From: Gordius albopunctatus
Taxonomy: Eukaryota
Assembly: GCA_964276515.1 (NCBI GenBank)
Contig: OZ193909.1
Span: forward strand, 9,238,001 to 9,302,000
Reading direction: 5' to 3'
DNA length: 64,000 nt
Shown here one piece after another: positions 10,704-25,000 of this stretch. The notes beneath the pieces are model-generated. The model worked only from the letters and a program-made list of their open reading frames with translations, ran no database searches and was not told where the DNA came from. Made by a program: the position numbers and the translations under genes. Each line of letters starts with the position of its first letter. Position 1 is the first letter of the stretch.

Positions 10704-12253
10704 TCAAAATGATAGTTCTCGCAGCTTAAAACTTCTTATAAGGAGTCGATCGAGAATAATAGGATTCTCAAATTAGCTTACTTTTATATATTTTTTCAAG
10801 TTCTTTTACATAAAATAACAAAATATATATTTTTTAGCTCAAAATATTTAAAATTATTTCCATTAACACATATTCATCCGATGAAAGTTGTTATTTTCAG
10901 ACGTGTTTTCCATGATAAGAAGTAAAAATTTATCAGAATTATATAACTATCACTTTGAAATCATCATCGAATATAGCATGTTTGAAAATTTAGCACTCTC
11001 GTCGCGATGAAACAAACTAATCGCAACAATATAACGTTGTCTTTCCTCAAAATGATAGTTCTCGCAGCTTAAAACTTCTTATAAGGAGTCGATCGAGATT
11101 AATAGGATTTTCAAATTAGCTTACTTTTATATATTTTTTCAAGCTCTTTTACATAAAATAACAAAAAATATATTTTTTAGCTCAAAATATTTCAAATTTT
11201 TTCCATTAACACATATTCATCCGATGAAAGTTGTTATTTTCAGACGTGTATTCCATGATAAGAAGTAAAAATTTATCAGAATTAGAAGACTATCACTTTG
11301 AAATCATCATCGCATATAGCATGTTTCAAAAATTCAGCACTCTCGTCGCGATGAAATAAACTAATCGCAACAATATAACGTTGTCTTTCATCAAAATGAT
11401 AGTTCTCGCAGCTTAAAACTTCTTATAAGGAGTCGATCGAGATTAATAGGATTCTCAAATTAGCTTACTTTTATATATTTTTCCAAGTTCTTTTACATAA
11501 AATAACAAAATATATATTTTTTAGCTCAAAATATTTAAAATTATTTCCATTAACACATATTCATCCGATGAAAGTTGTTATTTTCAGACGTGATTTTCAT
11601 GATAAGAAGTAAAAATTTATCAGAATTATATAACTATCACTGTGAAATCATCATCGCATATAGCATGTTTCAAAAATTCAGCACTCTCGTCGCGATGAAA
11701 CAAACTAATCGCAACAATATAACGTCGTCTTTCCTCAAAATGATAGTTCTCGCAGCTTAAAACTTCTTATAAGGAGTCGATCGAGATTATTAGGATTCTC
11801 AAATTAGCTTACTTTTATATATTTTTTCAAGTTCTTTTACATAAATTAACAAAAAATATATTTTTTAGCTCAAAATATTTCAAATTTTTTCATTAAACCA
11901 TATTCATCCGATGAAAGTTGTTATTTTCAGACGTGTATTCCATATAAGAAGTAAAAATTTATCAGAATTATATAACTATCACTTTGAAATCATCATCGCA
12001 TATAGCATGTTTTAAAAATTCAGCACTCTCATCGCGATGAAACAAACTAATCGCAACAATATAACGTTGTCTTTCCTCAAAATGATAGTTCTCGCAGCTT
12101 AAAACTTCTTATAAGGAGTCGATCGAGAATAATAGGATTCTCAAATTAGCTTACTTTTATATATTTTTTCAAGTTCTTTTACATAAAATAACAAAATATA
12201 AATTTTTAAGCTCAAAATATTTAAAATTATTTCCATTAACACATATTCATCCG

Positions 12254-15200
12254 ATGAAAGTTGTTATTTTCAGACGTGTATTCCATATAAGAAGTAAAAA
12301 TTTATCAGAATTAGATAACTATCACTTTGAAATCATCATCGAATATAGCATGTTTCAAAAATTCAGCACTCTCGTCGCGATGAAACAAACTAATCGCAAC
12401 AATATAACGTTGTCTTTCCTCAAAATGATAGTTCTCGCAGCTTAAAACTTCTTATAAGGAGTCGATCGAGATTAATAGGATTTTCAAATTAGCTTACTTT
12501 TATATATTTTTTCAAGCTCTTTTACATAAAATAACAAAAAATATATTTTTTAGCTCAAAATATTTCAAATTTTTTCCATTAACACATATTCATCCGATGA
12601 AAGTTGTTATTTTCAGACGTGTATTCCATGATAAGAAGTAAAAATTTATCAGAATTAGAAGACTATCACTTTGAAATCATCATCGCATATAGCATGTTTC
12701 AAAAATTCAGCACTCTCGTCGCGATGAAACAAACTAATCGCAACAATATAACGTTGTCTTTCCTCAAAATGATAGTTCTCGCAGCTTAAAACTTCTTATA
12801 AGGAGTCGATCGAGAATAATAGGATTCTCAAATTAGCTTACTTTTATATATTTTTTCAAGTTCTTTTACATAAAATAACAAAAAATATATTTTTTAGCTC
12901 AAAATATTTCAAATTTTTTCCATTAAACCATATTCATCCGATGAAAGTTGTTATTTTCAGACGTGATTTCCATATAAGAAGTAAAAATTTATCAGAATTA
13001 TATAACTATCACTTTGAAATCATCATCGCATATAGCATGTTTTAAAAATTCAGCACTCTCGTCGCGATGAAACAAACTAATCGCAACAATATAACGTTGT
13101 CTTTCCTCAAAATGATAGTTCTCGCAGCTTAAAACTTCTTATAAGGAGTCGATCGAGAATAATAGGATTCTCAAATTAGCTTACTTTTATATATTTTTTC
13201 AAGTTCTTTTACATAAATTAACAAAAAATATATTTTTTAGCTCAAAATATTTCAAATTTTTTCCATTAACACATATTCATCCGATCAAAATTGTTATTTT
13301 CAGACGTGTATTCCATGATAAGAAGTAAAAATTTATCAGAATTAGAAGACTATCACTTTGAAATCATCATCGCATATAGCATGTTTCAAAAATTCAGCAC
13401 TCTCGTCGCGATGAAATAAACTAATCGCAACAATATAACGTTGTCTTTCATCAAAATGATAGTTCTCGCAGCTTAAAACTTCTTATAAGGAGTCGATCGA
13501 GATTAATAGGATTCTCAAATTAGCTTACTTTTATATATTTTTCCAAGATCTTTTACATCAAATAACAAAAAATATATTTTTTAGCTCAAAATATTTCAAA
13601 TTTTTTCCATTAAACCATATTCATCCGATGAAAGTTGTTATTTTCAGACGTGATTTCCATATAAGAAGTAAAAATTTATCAGAATTATATAACTATCACT
13701 TTGAAATCATCATCGCATATAGCATGTTTTAAAAATTCAGCACTCTCGTCGCGATGAAACAAACTAATCGCAACAATATAACGTTGTCTTTCCTCAAAAT
13801 GATAGTTCTCGCAGCTTAAAACTTCTTATAAGGAGTCGATCGAGAATAATAGGAACTCAAATTAGCTTACTTTTATATATTTTTTCAAGTTCTTTTACAT
13901 AAAATAACAAAATATATATTTTTTAGCTCAAAATATTTAAAATTATTTCCATTAACACATATTCATCCGATGAAAGTTGTTATTTTCAGACGTGTATTCC
14001 ATGATAAGAAGTAAAAATTTATCACAATTAGATAACTATTACTTTGAAATCATCATCGCATATAGCATGTTTCAAAAATTCAGCACTCACGTCGCGATAA
14101 AACAAACTAATCGAAACAATATAACATTGTCTTTCCTCAAAATGATAGTTCTCGCAGCTTAAAACTTCTTATAAGGAGTCGATCGAGAATAATAGCAATC
14201 TCAAATTAGCTTACTTTTATATATTTTTTCAAGTTCTTTTACATAAAATAACAAAATAGATATTTTTTAGCTCAAAATATTTAAAATTATTTCCATTAAC
14301 ACATATTCATCCGATGAAAGTTGTTATTTTCAGACGTGTTTTCCATGATAAGAAGTAAAAATTTATCAGAATTATATAACTATCACTTTGAAATCATCAT
14401 CGAATATAGCATGTTTGAAAATTTAGCACTCTCGTCGCGATGAAACAAACTAATCGCAACAATATAACGTTGTCTTTCCTCAAAATGATAGTTCTCGCAG
14501 CTTAAAACTTCTTATAAGGAGTCGATCGAGATTAATAGGATTTTCAAATTAGCTTACTTTTATATATTTTTTCAAGCTCTTTTACATAAAATAACAAAAA
14601 ATATATTTTTTAGCTCAAAATATTTCAAATTTTTTCCATTAAACCATATTCATCCGATGAAAGTTGTTATTTTCAGACGTGATTTCCATATAAGAAGTAA
14701 AAATTTATCAGAATTATATAACTATCACTTTGAAATCATCATCGCATATAGCATGTTTTAAAAATTCAGCACTCTCGTCGCGATGAAACAAACTAATCGC
14801 AACAATATAACGTTGTCTTTCCTCAAAATGATAGTTCTCGCAGCTTAAAACTTCTTATAAGGAGTCGATCGAGAATAATAGGAACTCAAATTAGCTTACT
14901 TTTATATATTTTTTCAAGTTCTTTTACATAAATTAACAAAAAATATATTTTTTAGCTCAAAATATTTCAAATTTTTTCCATTAAACCATATTCATCCGAT
15001 GAAAGTTGTTATTTTCAGACGTGATTTCCATATAAGAAGTAAAAATTTATCAGAATTAGATAACTATCACTTTGAAATCATCATCGCATATAGCATGTTT
15101 CAAAAATTCAGCACTCACGTCGCGATAAAACAAACTAATCGCTACAATATAACGTCGTCTTTCCTCAAAATGATAGTTCTCGCAGCTTAAAACTTCTTAT

Positions 15201-18200
15201 AAGGAGTCGATCGAGAATAATAGCAATCTCAAATTAGCTTACTTTTATATATTTTTTCAAGTTCTTTTACATAAAATAACAAAATATATATTTTTTAGCT
15301 CAAAATATTTCAAATTTTTTCCATTAAACCATATTCATCCGATGAAAGTTGTTATTTTCAGACGTGATTTCCATATAAGAAGTAAAAATTTATCAGAATT
15401 ATATAACTATCACTTTGAAATCATCATCGCATATAGCATGTTTTAAAAATTCAGCACTCTCGTCGCGATGAAACAAACTAATCGCAACAATATAACGTTG
15501 TCTTTACTCAAAATGATAGTTCTCGCAGCTTAAAACTTCTTATAAGGAGTCGATCGAGAATAATAGGATTCTCAAATTAGCTTACTTTTATATATTTTTT
15601 CAAGTTCTTTTACATAAAATAACAAAAAATATATTTTTTAGCTCAAAATATTTCAAATTTTTTCCATTAAACCATATTCATCCGATGAAAGTTGTTATTT
15701 TCAGACGTGATTTCCATATAAGAAGTAAAAATTTATCAGAATTAGATAACTATCACTTTGAAATCATCATCGAATATAGCATGTTTCAAAAATTCAGCAC
15801 TCTCGTCGCGATGAAACAAACTAATCGCAACAATATAACGTTGTCTTTCCTCAAAATGATAGTTCTCGCAGCTTAAAACTTCTTATAAGGAGTCGATCGA
15901 GATTAATAGGATTTTCAAATTAGCTTACTTTTATATATTTTTTCAAGCTCTTTTACATAAAATAACAAAAAATATATTTTTTAGCTCAAAATATTTCAAA
16001 TTTTTTCCATTAACACATATTCATCCGATGAAAGTTGTTATTTTCAGACGTGTATTCCATGATAAGAAGTAAAAATTTATCAGAATTAGAAGACTATCAC
16101 TTTGAAATCATCATCGCATATAGCATGTTTCAAAAATTCAGCACTCTCGTCGCGATGAAACAAACTAATCGCAACAATATAACGTTGTCTTTCCTCAAAA
16201 TGATAGTTCTCGCAGCTTAAAACTTCTTATAAGGAGTCGATCGAGAATAATAGGATTCTCAAATTAGCTTACTTTTATATATTTTTTCAAGTTCTTTTAC
16301 ATAAAATAACAAAAAATATATTTTTTAGCTCAAAATATTTCAAATTTTTTCCATTAAACCATATTCATCCGATGAAAGTTGTTATTTTCAGACGTGATTT
16401 CCATATAAGAAGTAAAAATTTATCAGAATTATATAACTATCACTTTGAAATCATCATCGCATATAGCATGTTTTAAAAATTCAGCACTCTCGTCGCGATG
16501 AAACAAACTAATCGCAACAATATAACGTTGTCTTTCCTCAAAATGATAGTTCTCGCAGCTTAAAACTTCTTATAAGGAGTCGATCGAGAATAATAGGATT
16601 CTCAAATTAGCTTACTTTTATATATTTTTTCAAGTTCTTTTACATAAATTAACAAAAAATATATTTTTTAGCTCAAAATATTTCAAATTTTTTCCATTAA
16701 CACATATTCATCCGATCAAAATTGTTATTTTCAGACGTGTATTCCATGATAAGAAGTAAAAATTTATCAGAATTAGAAGACTATCACTTTGAAATCATCA
16801 TCGCATATAGCATGTTTCAAAAATTCAGCACTCTCGTCGCGATGAAATAAACTAATCGCAACAATATAACGTTGTCTTTCATCAAAATGATAGTTCTCGC
16901 AGCTTAAAACTTCTTATAAGGAGTCGATCGAGATTAATAGGATTCTCAAATTAGCTTACTTTTATATATTTTTCCAAGATCTTTTACATCAAATAACAAA
17001 AAATATATTTTTTAGCTCAAAATATTTCAAATTTTTTCCATTAAACCATATTCATCCGATGAAAGTTGTTATTTTCAGACGTGATTTCCATATAAGAAGT
17101 AAAAATTTATCAGAATTATATAACTATCACTTTGAAATCATCATCGCATATAGCATGTTTTAAAAATTCAGCACTCTCGTCGCGATGAAACAAACTAATC
17201 GCAACAATATAACGTTGTCTTTCCTCAAAATGATAGTTCTCGCAGCTTAAAACTTCTTATAAGGAGTCGATCGAGAATAATAGGAACTCAAATTAGCTTA
17301 CTTTTATATATTTTTTCAAGTTCTTTTACATAAAATAACAAAATATATATTTTTTAGCTCAAAATATTTAAAATTATTTCCATTAACACATATTCATCCG
17401 ATGAAAGTTGTTATTTTCAGACGTGTATTCCATGATAAGAAGTAAAAATTTATCACAATTAGATAACTATTACTTTGAAATCATCATCGCATATAGCATG
17501 TTTCAAAAATTCAGCACTCACGTCGCGATAAAACAAACTAATCGAAACAATATAACATTGTCTTTCCTCAAAATGATAGTTCTCGCAGCTTAAAACTTCT
17601 TATAAGGAGTCGATCGAGAATAATAGCAATCTCAAATTAGCTTACTTTTATATATTTTTTCAAGTTCTTTTACATAAAATAACAAAATATATATTTTTTA
17701 GCTCAAAATATTTAAAATTATTTCCATTAACACATATTCATCCGATGAAAGTTGTTATTTTCAGACGTGTTTTCCATGATAAGAAGTAAAAATTTATCAG
17801 AATTATATAACTATCACTTTGAAATCATCATCGAATATAGCATGTTTGAAAATTTAGCACTCTCGTCGCGATGAAACAAACTAATCGCAACAATATAACG
17901 TTGTCTTTCCTCAAAATGATAGTTCTCGCAGCTTAAAACTTCTTATAAGGAGTCGATCGAGATTAATAGGATTTTCAAATTAGCTTACTTTTATATATTT
18001 TTTCAAGCTCTTTTACATAAAATAACAAAAAATATATTTTTTAGCTCAAAATATTTCAAATTTTTTCCATTAAACCATATTCATCCGATGAAAGTTGTTA
18101 TTTTCAGACGTGATTTCCATATAAGAAGTAAAAATTTATCAGAATTATATAACTATCACTTTGAAATCATCATCGCATATAGCATGTTTTAAAAATTCAG

Positions 18201-19000
18201 CACTCTCGTCGCGATGAAACAAACTAATCGCAACAATATAACGTTGTCTTTCCTCAAAATGATAGTTCTCGCAGCTTAAAACTTCTTATAAGGAGTCGAT
18301 CGAGAATAATAGGAACTCAAATTAGCTTACTTTTATATATTTTTTCAAGTTCTTTTACATAAATTAACAAAAAATATATTTTTTAGCTCAAAATATTTCA
18401 AATTTTTTCCATTAAACCATATTCATCCGATGAAAGTTGTTATTTTCAGACGTGATTTCCATATAAGAAGTAAAAATTTATCAGAATTAGATAACTATCA
18501 CTTTGAAATCATCATCGCATATAGCATGTTTCAAAAATTCAGCACTCACGTCGCGATAAAACAAACTAATCGCTACAATATAACGTCGTCTTTCCTCAAA
18601 ATGATAGTTCTCGCAGCTTAAAACTTCTTATAAGGAGTCGATCGAGAATAATAGCAATCTCAAATTAGCTTACTTTTATATATTTTTTCAAGTTCTTTTA
18701 CATAAAATAACAAAATATATATTTTTTAGCTCAAAATATTTCAAATTTTTTCCATTAAACCATATTCATCCGATGAAAGTTGTTATTTTCAGACGTGATT
18801 TCCATATAAGAAGTAAAAATTTATCAGAATTATATAACTATCACTTTGAAATCATCATCGCATATAGCATGTTTTAAAAATTCAGCACTCTCGTCGCGAT
18901 GAAACAAACTAATCGCAACAATATAACGTTGTCTTTACTCAAAATGATAGTTCTCGCAGCTTAAAACTTCTTATAAGGAGTCGATCGAGAATAATAGGAA
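12254..19000. repeat. Higher-order tandem duplication, 10-monomer unit (3431 bp), ~2 copies
   Basis: Variant monomers recur at +3431: 12604/16035, 13977/17408, 14999/18430. The rare variants CCGATCAAAATTG (13281/16712) and TCTTTACTC (15501/18932) share the same offset. Boundaries are approximate. Confidence 0.88.
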
Positions 19001-22000
19001 CTCAAATTAGCTTACTTTTATATATTTTTTCAAGTTCTTTTACATAAAATAACAAAATATATATTTTTTAGCTCAAAATATTTAAAATTATTTCCATTAA
19101 CACATATTCATCCGATGAAAGTTGTTATTTTCAGACGTGTTTTCCATGATAAGAAGTAAAAATTTATCAGAATTATATAACTATCACTTTGAAATCATCA
19201 TCGAATATAGCATGTTTGAAAATTTAGCACTCTCGTCGCGATGAAACAAACTAATCGCAACAATATAACGTTGTCTTTCCTCAAAATGATAGTTCTCGCA
19301 GCTTAAAACTTCTTATAAGGAGTCGATCGAGATTAATAGGATTTTCAAATTAGCTTACTTTTATATATTTTTTCAAGCTCTTTTACATAAAATAACAAAA
19401 AATATATTTTTTAGCTCAAAATATTTCAAATTTTTTCCATTAAACCATATTCATCCGATGAAAGTTGTTATTTTCAGACGTGATTTCCATATAAGAAGTA
19501 AAAATTTATCAGAATTATATAACTATCACTTTGAAATCATCATCGCATATAGCATGTTTTAAAAATTCAGCACTCTCGTCGCGATGAAACAAACTAATCG
19601 CAACAATATAACGTTGTCTTTCCTCAAAATGATAGTTCTCGCAGCTTAAAACTTCTTATAAGGAGTCGATCGAGAATAATAGGAACTCAAATTAGCTTAC
19701 TTTTATATATTTTTTCAAGTTCTTTTACATAAATTAACAAAAAATATATTTTTTAGCTCAAAATATTTCAAATTTTTTCCATTAACACATATTCATCCGA
19801 TGAAAGTTGTTATTTTCAGACGTGTTTTCCATGATAAGAAGTAAAAATTTATCAGAATTATATAACTATCACTTTGAAATCATCATCGAATATAGCATGT
19901 TTGAAAATTTAGCACTCTCGTCGCGATGAAACAAACTAATCGCAACAATATAACGTTGTCTTTCCTCAAAATGATAGTTCTCGCAGCTTAAAACTTCTTA
20001 TAAGGAGTCGATCGAGATTAATAGGATTTTCAAATTAGCTTACTTTTATATATTTTTTCAAGCTCTTTTACATAAAATAACAAAAAATATATTTTTTAGC
20101 TCAAAATATTTCAAATTTTTTCCATTAAACCATATTCATCCGATGAAAGTTGTTATTTTCAGACGTGATTTCCATATAAGAAGTAAAAATTTATCAGAAT
20201 TATATAACTATCACTTTGAAATCATCATCGCATATAGCATGTTTTAAAAATTCAGCACTCTCGTCGCGATGAAACAAACTAATCGCAACAATATAACGTT
20301 GTCTTTCCTCAAAATGATAGTTCTCGCAGCTTAAAACTTCTTATAAGGAGTCGATCGAGAATAATAGGAACTCAAATTAGCTTACTTTTATATATTTTTT
20401 CAAGTTCTTTTACATAAATTAACAAAAAATATATTTTTTAGCTCAAAATATTTCAAATTTTTTCCATTAAACCATATTCATCCGATGAAAGTTGTTATTT
20501 TCAGACGTGATTTCCATATAAGAAGTAAAAATTTATCAGAATTAGATAACTATCACTTTGAAATCATCATCGCATATAGCATGTTTCAAAAATTCAGCAC
20601 TCACGTCGCGATAAAACAAACTAATCGAAACAATATAACATTGTCTTTCCTCAAAATGATAGTTCTCGCAGCTTAAAACTTCTTATAAGGAGTCGATCGA
20701 GAATAATAGCAATCTCAAATTAGCTTACTTTTATATATTTTTTCAAGTTCTTTTACATAAAATAACAAAATATATATTTTTTAGCTCAAAATATTTAAAA
20801 TTATTTCCATTAACACATATTCATCCGATGAAAGTTGTTATTTTCAGACGTGTTTTCCATGATAAGAAGTAAAAATTTATCAGAATTATATAACTATCAC
20901 TTTGAAATCATCATCGAATATAGCATGTTTGAAAATTTAGCACTCTCGTCGCGATGAAACAAACTAATCGCAACAATATAACGTTGTCTTTCCTCAAAAT
21001 GATAGTTCTCGCAGCTTAAAACTTCTTATAAGGAGTCGATCGAGATTAATAGGATTTTCAAATTAGCTTACTTTTATATATTTTTTCAAGCTCTTTTACA
21101 TAAAATAACAAAAAATATATTTTTTAGCTCAAAATATTTCAAATTTTTTCCATTAAACCATATTCATCCGATGAAAGTTGTTATTTTCAGACGTGATTTC
21201 CATATAAGAAGTAAAAATTTATCAGAATTATATAACTATCACTTTGAAATCATCATCGCATATAGCATGTTTTAAAAATTCAGCACTCTCGTCGCGATGA
21301 AACAAACTAATCGCAACAATATAACGTTGTCTTTCCTCAAAATGATAGTTCTCGCAGCTTAAAACTTCTTATAAGGAGTCGATCGAGAATAATAGGAACT
21401 CAAATTAGCTTACTTTTATATATTTTTTCAAGTTCTTTTACATAAATTAACAAAAAATATATTTTTTAGCTCAAAATATTTCAAATTTTTTCCATTAAAC
21501 CATATTCATCCGATGAAAGTTGTTATTTTCAGATGTGATTTCCATATAAGAAGTAAAAATTTATCAGAATTAGATAACTATCACTTTGAAATCATCATCG
21601 CATATAGCATGTTTCAAAAATTCAGCACTCACGTCGCGATAAAACAAACTAATCGCTACAATATAACGTCGTCTTTCCTCAAAATGATAGTTCTCGCAGC
21701 TTAAAACTTCTTATAAGGAGACGATCGAGAATAATAGCAATCTCAAATTAGCTTACTTTTATATATTTTTTCAAGTTCTTTTACATAAAATAACAAAATA
21801 TATATTTTTTAGCTCAAAATATTTCAAATTTTTTCCATTAAACCATATTCATCCGATGAAAGTTGTTATTTTCAGACGTGATTTCCATATAAGAAGTAAA
21901 AATTTATCAGAATTATATAACTATCACTTTGAAATCATCATCGCATATAGCATGTTTTAAAAATTCAGCACTCTCGTCGCGATGAAACAAACTAATCGCA

Positions 22001-25000
22001 ACAATATAACGTTGTCTTTCCTCAAAATGATAGTTCTCGCAGCTTAAAACTTCTTATAAGGAGTCGATCGAGAATAATAGGATTCTCAAATTAGCTTACT
22101 TTTATATATTTTTTCAAGTTCTTTTACATAAATTAACAAAAAATATATTTTTTAGCTCAAAATATTTCAAATTTTTTCCATTAAACCATATTCATCCGAT
22201 GAAAGTTGTTATTTTCAGACTTGATTTCCATATAAGAAGTAAAAATTTATCAGAATTATATAACTATCACTTTGAAATCATCATCGCATATAGCATGTTT
22301 TAAAAATTCAGCACTCTCGTCGCGATGAAACAAACTAATCGCAACAATATAACGTTGTCTTTCCTCAAAATGATAGTTCTCGTACTTAAAACTTCTTATA
22401 AGGAGTCGATCGAGATTAATAGGATTTTCAAATTAGCTTACTTTTATATATTTTTTCAAGCTCTTTTACATAAAATAACAAAAAATATATTTTTTTAGCT
22501 CAAAATATTTAAAATTATTTCCATTAACACATATTCATCCGATAAAAGTTTTTATTTTCAGACGTGATTTCCATGATAAGAAGTAAAAATTTATCACAAT
22601 TAGATAATACTTTGAAATCATCGTGGCATATAGCATGTTTCAAAAATTCAGCACTCACGTAGCGATAAAACAAACTAATCGCAACAATATAACGTTGTCT
22701 TTCCTCAAAATGATAGTTCTCGCAGCTTAAAACTTCTTATAAGGAGTTGATCGAGATTAATAGGATTCTCAAATTAGCTTACTTTTATTTATTTTTTCAA
22801 GTTCTTTTACATAAAATAACAAAAAATATATTTTTTAGCTCAAAATATTTCAAATTTTTTCCATTAAACCATATTCATCCGATGAAAGTTGTTATTTTCA
22901 GACGTGATTTCCATATAAGAAGTAAAAATTTATCAGAATTATATAACTATCACTTTGAAATCATCATCGCATATAGCATGTTTTAAAAATTCAGCACTCT
23001 CGTCGCGATGAAACAAACTAATCGCAACAATATAACGTTGTCTTTCCTCAAAATGATAGTTCTCGCAGCTTAAAACTTCTTATAAGGAGTTGATCGAGAT
23101 TAATAGGATTCTCAAATTAGCTTACTTTTATTTATTTTTTCAATTTCTTTTACATAAAATAACAAAAAATATATTTTTTAGCTCAAAATATTTCAAATTT
23201 TTTCCATTAAACCATATTCATCCGATGAAAGTTGTTATTTTCAGACGTGTATTCCATGATAAGAAGTAAAAATTTATCAGAATTAGAAGACTATCACTTT
23301 GAAATCATCATCGCATATAGCATGTTTCAAAAATTCAGCACTCTCGTCGCGATGAAATAAACTAATCGCAACAATATAACGTTGTCTTTCATCAAAATGA
23401 TAGTTCTCGGAGCTTAAAACTTCTTATAAGGAGTCGATCGAGATTAATAGGATTCTCAAATTAGCTTACTTTTATATATTTTTCCAAGATCTTTTACATC
23501 AAAAAACAAAACATATATTTTTTTAGCTCAAAATATTTAAAATTATTTCCATTAAAACATATTCATCCGATGAAAGTTGTTATTTTCAGACGTGTATTCC
23601 ATGATAAGAAGTAAAAATTTATCACAATTAGATAACTATTACTTTGAAATCATCATCGCATATAGCATGTTTCAAAAATTCAGCACTCACGTCGCGATAA
23701 AACAAACTAATCGAAACAATATAACATTGTCTTTCCTCAAAATGATAGTTCTCGCAGCTTAAAACTTCTTATAAGTGGTCGATCGAGATTAATAGGATTT
23801 TCAAATTAGCTTACTTTTATATATTTTTTCAAGCTCTTTTACATAAAATAACAAAAAATATATTTTTTAGCTCAAAATATTTCAAATTTTTTCCATTAAC
23901 ACATATTCATCCGATGAAAGTTGTTATTTTCAGACGTGTATTCCATGATAAGAAGTAAAAATTTATCAGAATTACAAGACTATCACTTTGAAATCATCAT
24001 CGCATATAGCATGTTTTAAAAATTCAGCACTCTCGTCGCGATGAAACAAACTAATCGCAACAATATAACGTTGTCTTTCCTCAAAATGATAGTTCTCGCA
24101 GCTTAAAACTTCTTATAAGGAGTTGATCGAGATTAATAGGATTCTCAAATTAGCTTACTTTTATTTATTTTTTCAAGTTCTTTTACATAAAATATCAAAA
24201 AATATATTTTTTAGCTCAAAATATTTCAAATTTTTTCCATTAAACCATATTCATCCGATGAAAGTTGTTATTTTCAGACGTGTATTCCATGATAAGAAGT
24301 AAAAATTTATCACAATTAGATAACTATTACTTTAAAATCATCATCGCATATAGCATGTTTCAAAAATTCAGCACTCACGTCGCGATAAAACAAACTAATC
24401 GAAACAATATAACATTGTCTTTCCTCAAAATGATAGTTCTCGCAGCTTAAAACTTCTTATAAGGAGTCGATCGATATTAATAGGATTCTCAAATTAGCTT
24501 ACTTTTATATATTTTTTCAAGATCTTTTACATCAAATAACAAAACATATATTTTTTTAGCTCAAAATATTTAAAATTATTTCCATTAAAACATATTCATC
24601 CGATGAAAGTTGTTATTTTCAGACGTGTATTCCATGATAAGAAGTAAAAATTTATCACAATTAGATAACTATTACTTTGAAATCATCATCGCATATAGCA
24701 TGTTTCAAAAATTCAGCACTCACGTCGCGATAAAACAAACTAATCGAAACAATATAACATTGTCTTTCCTCAAAATGATAGTTCTCGCAGCTTAAAACTT
24801 CTTATAAGGAGTCGATCGAGATTAATAGGATTTTCAAATTAGCTTACTTTTATATATTTTTTCAAGCTCTTTTACATAAAATAACAAAAAATATATTTTT
24901 TAGCTCAAAATATTTCAAATTTTTTCCATTAACACATATTCATCCGATGAAAGTTGTTATTTTCAGACGTGTATTCCATGATAAGAAGTAAAAATTTATC

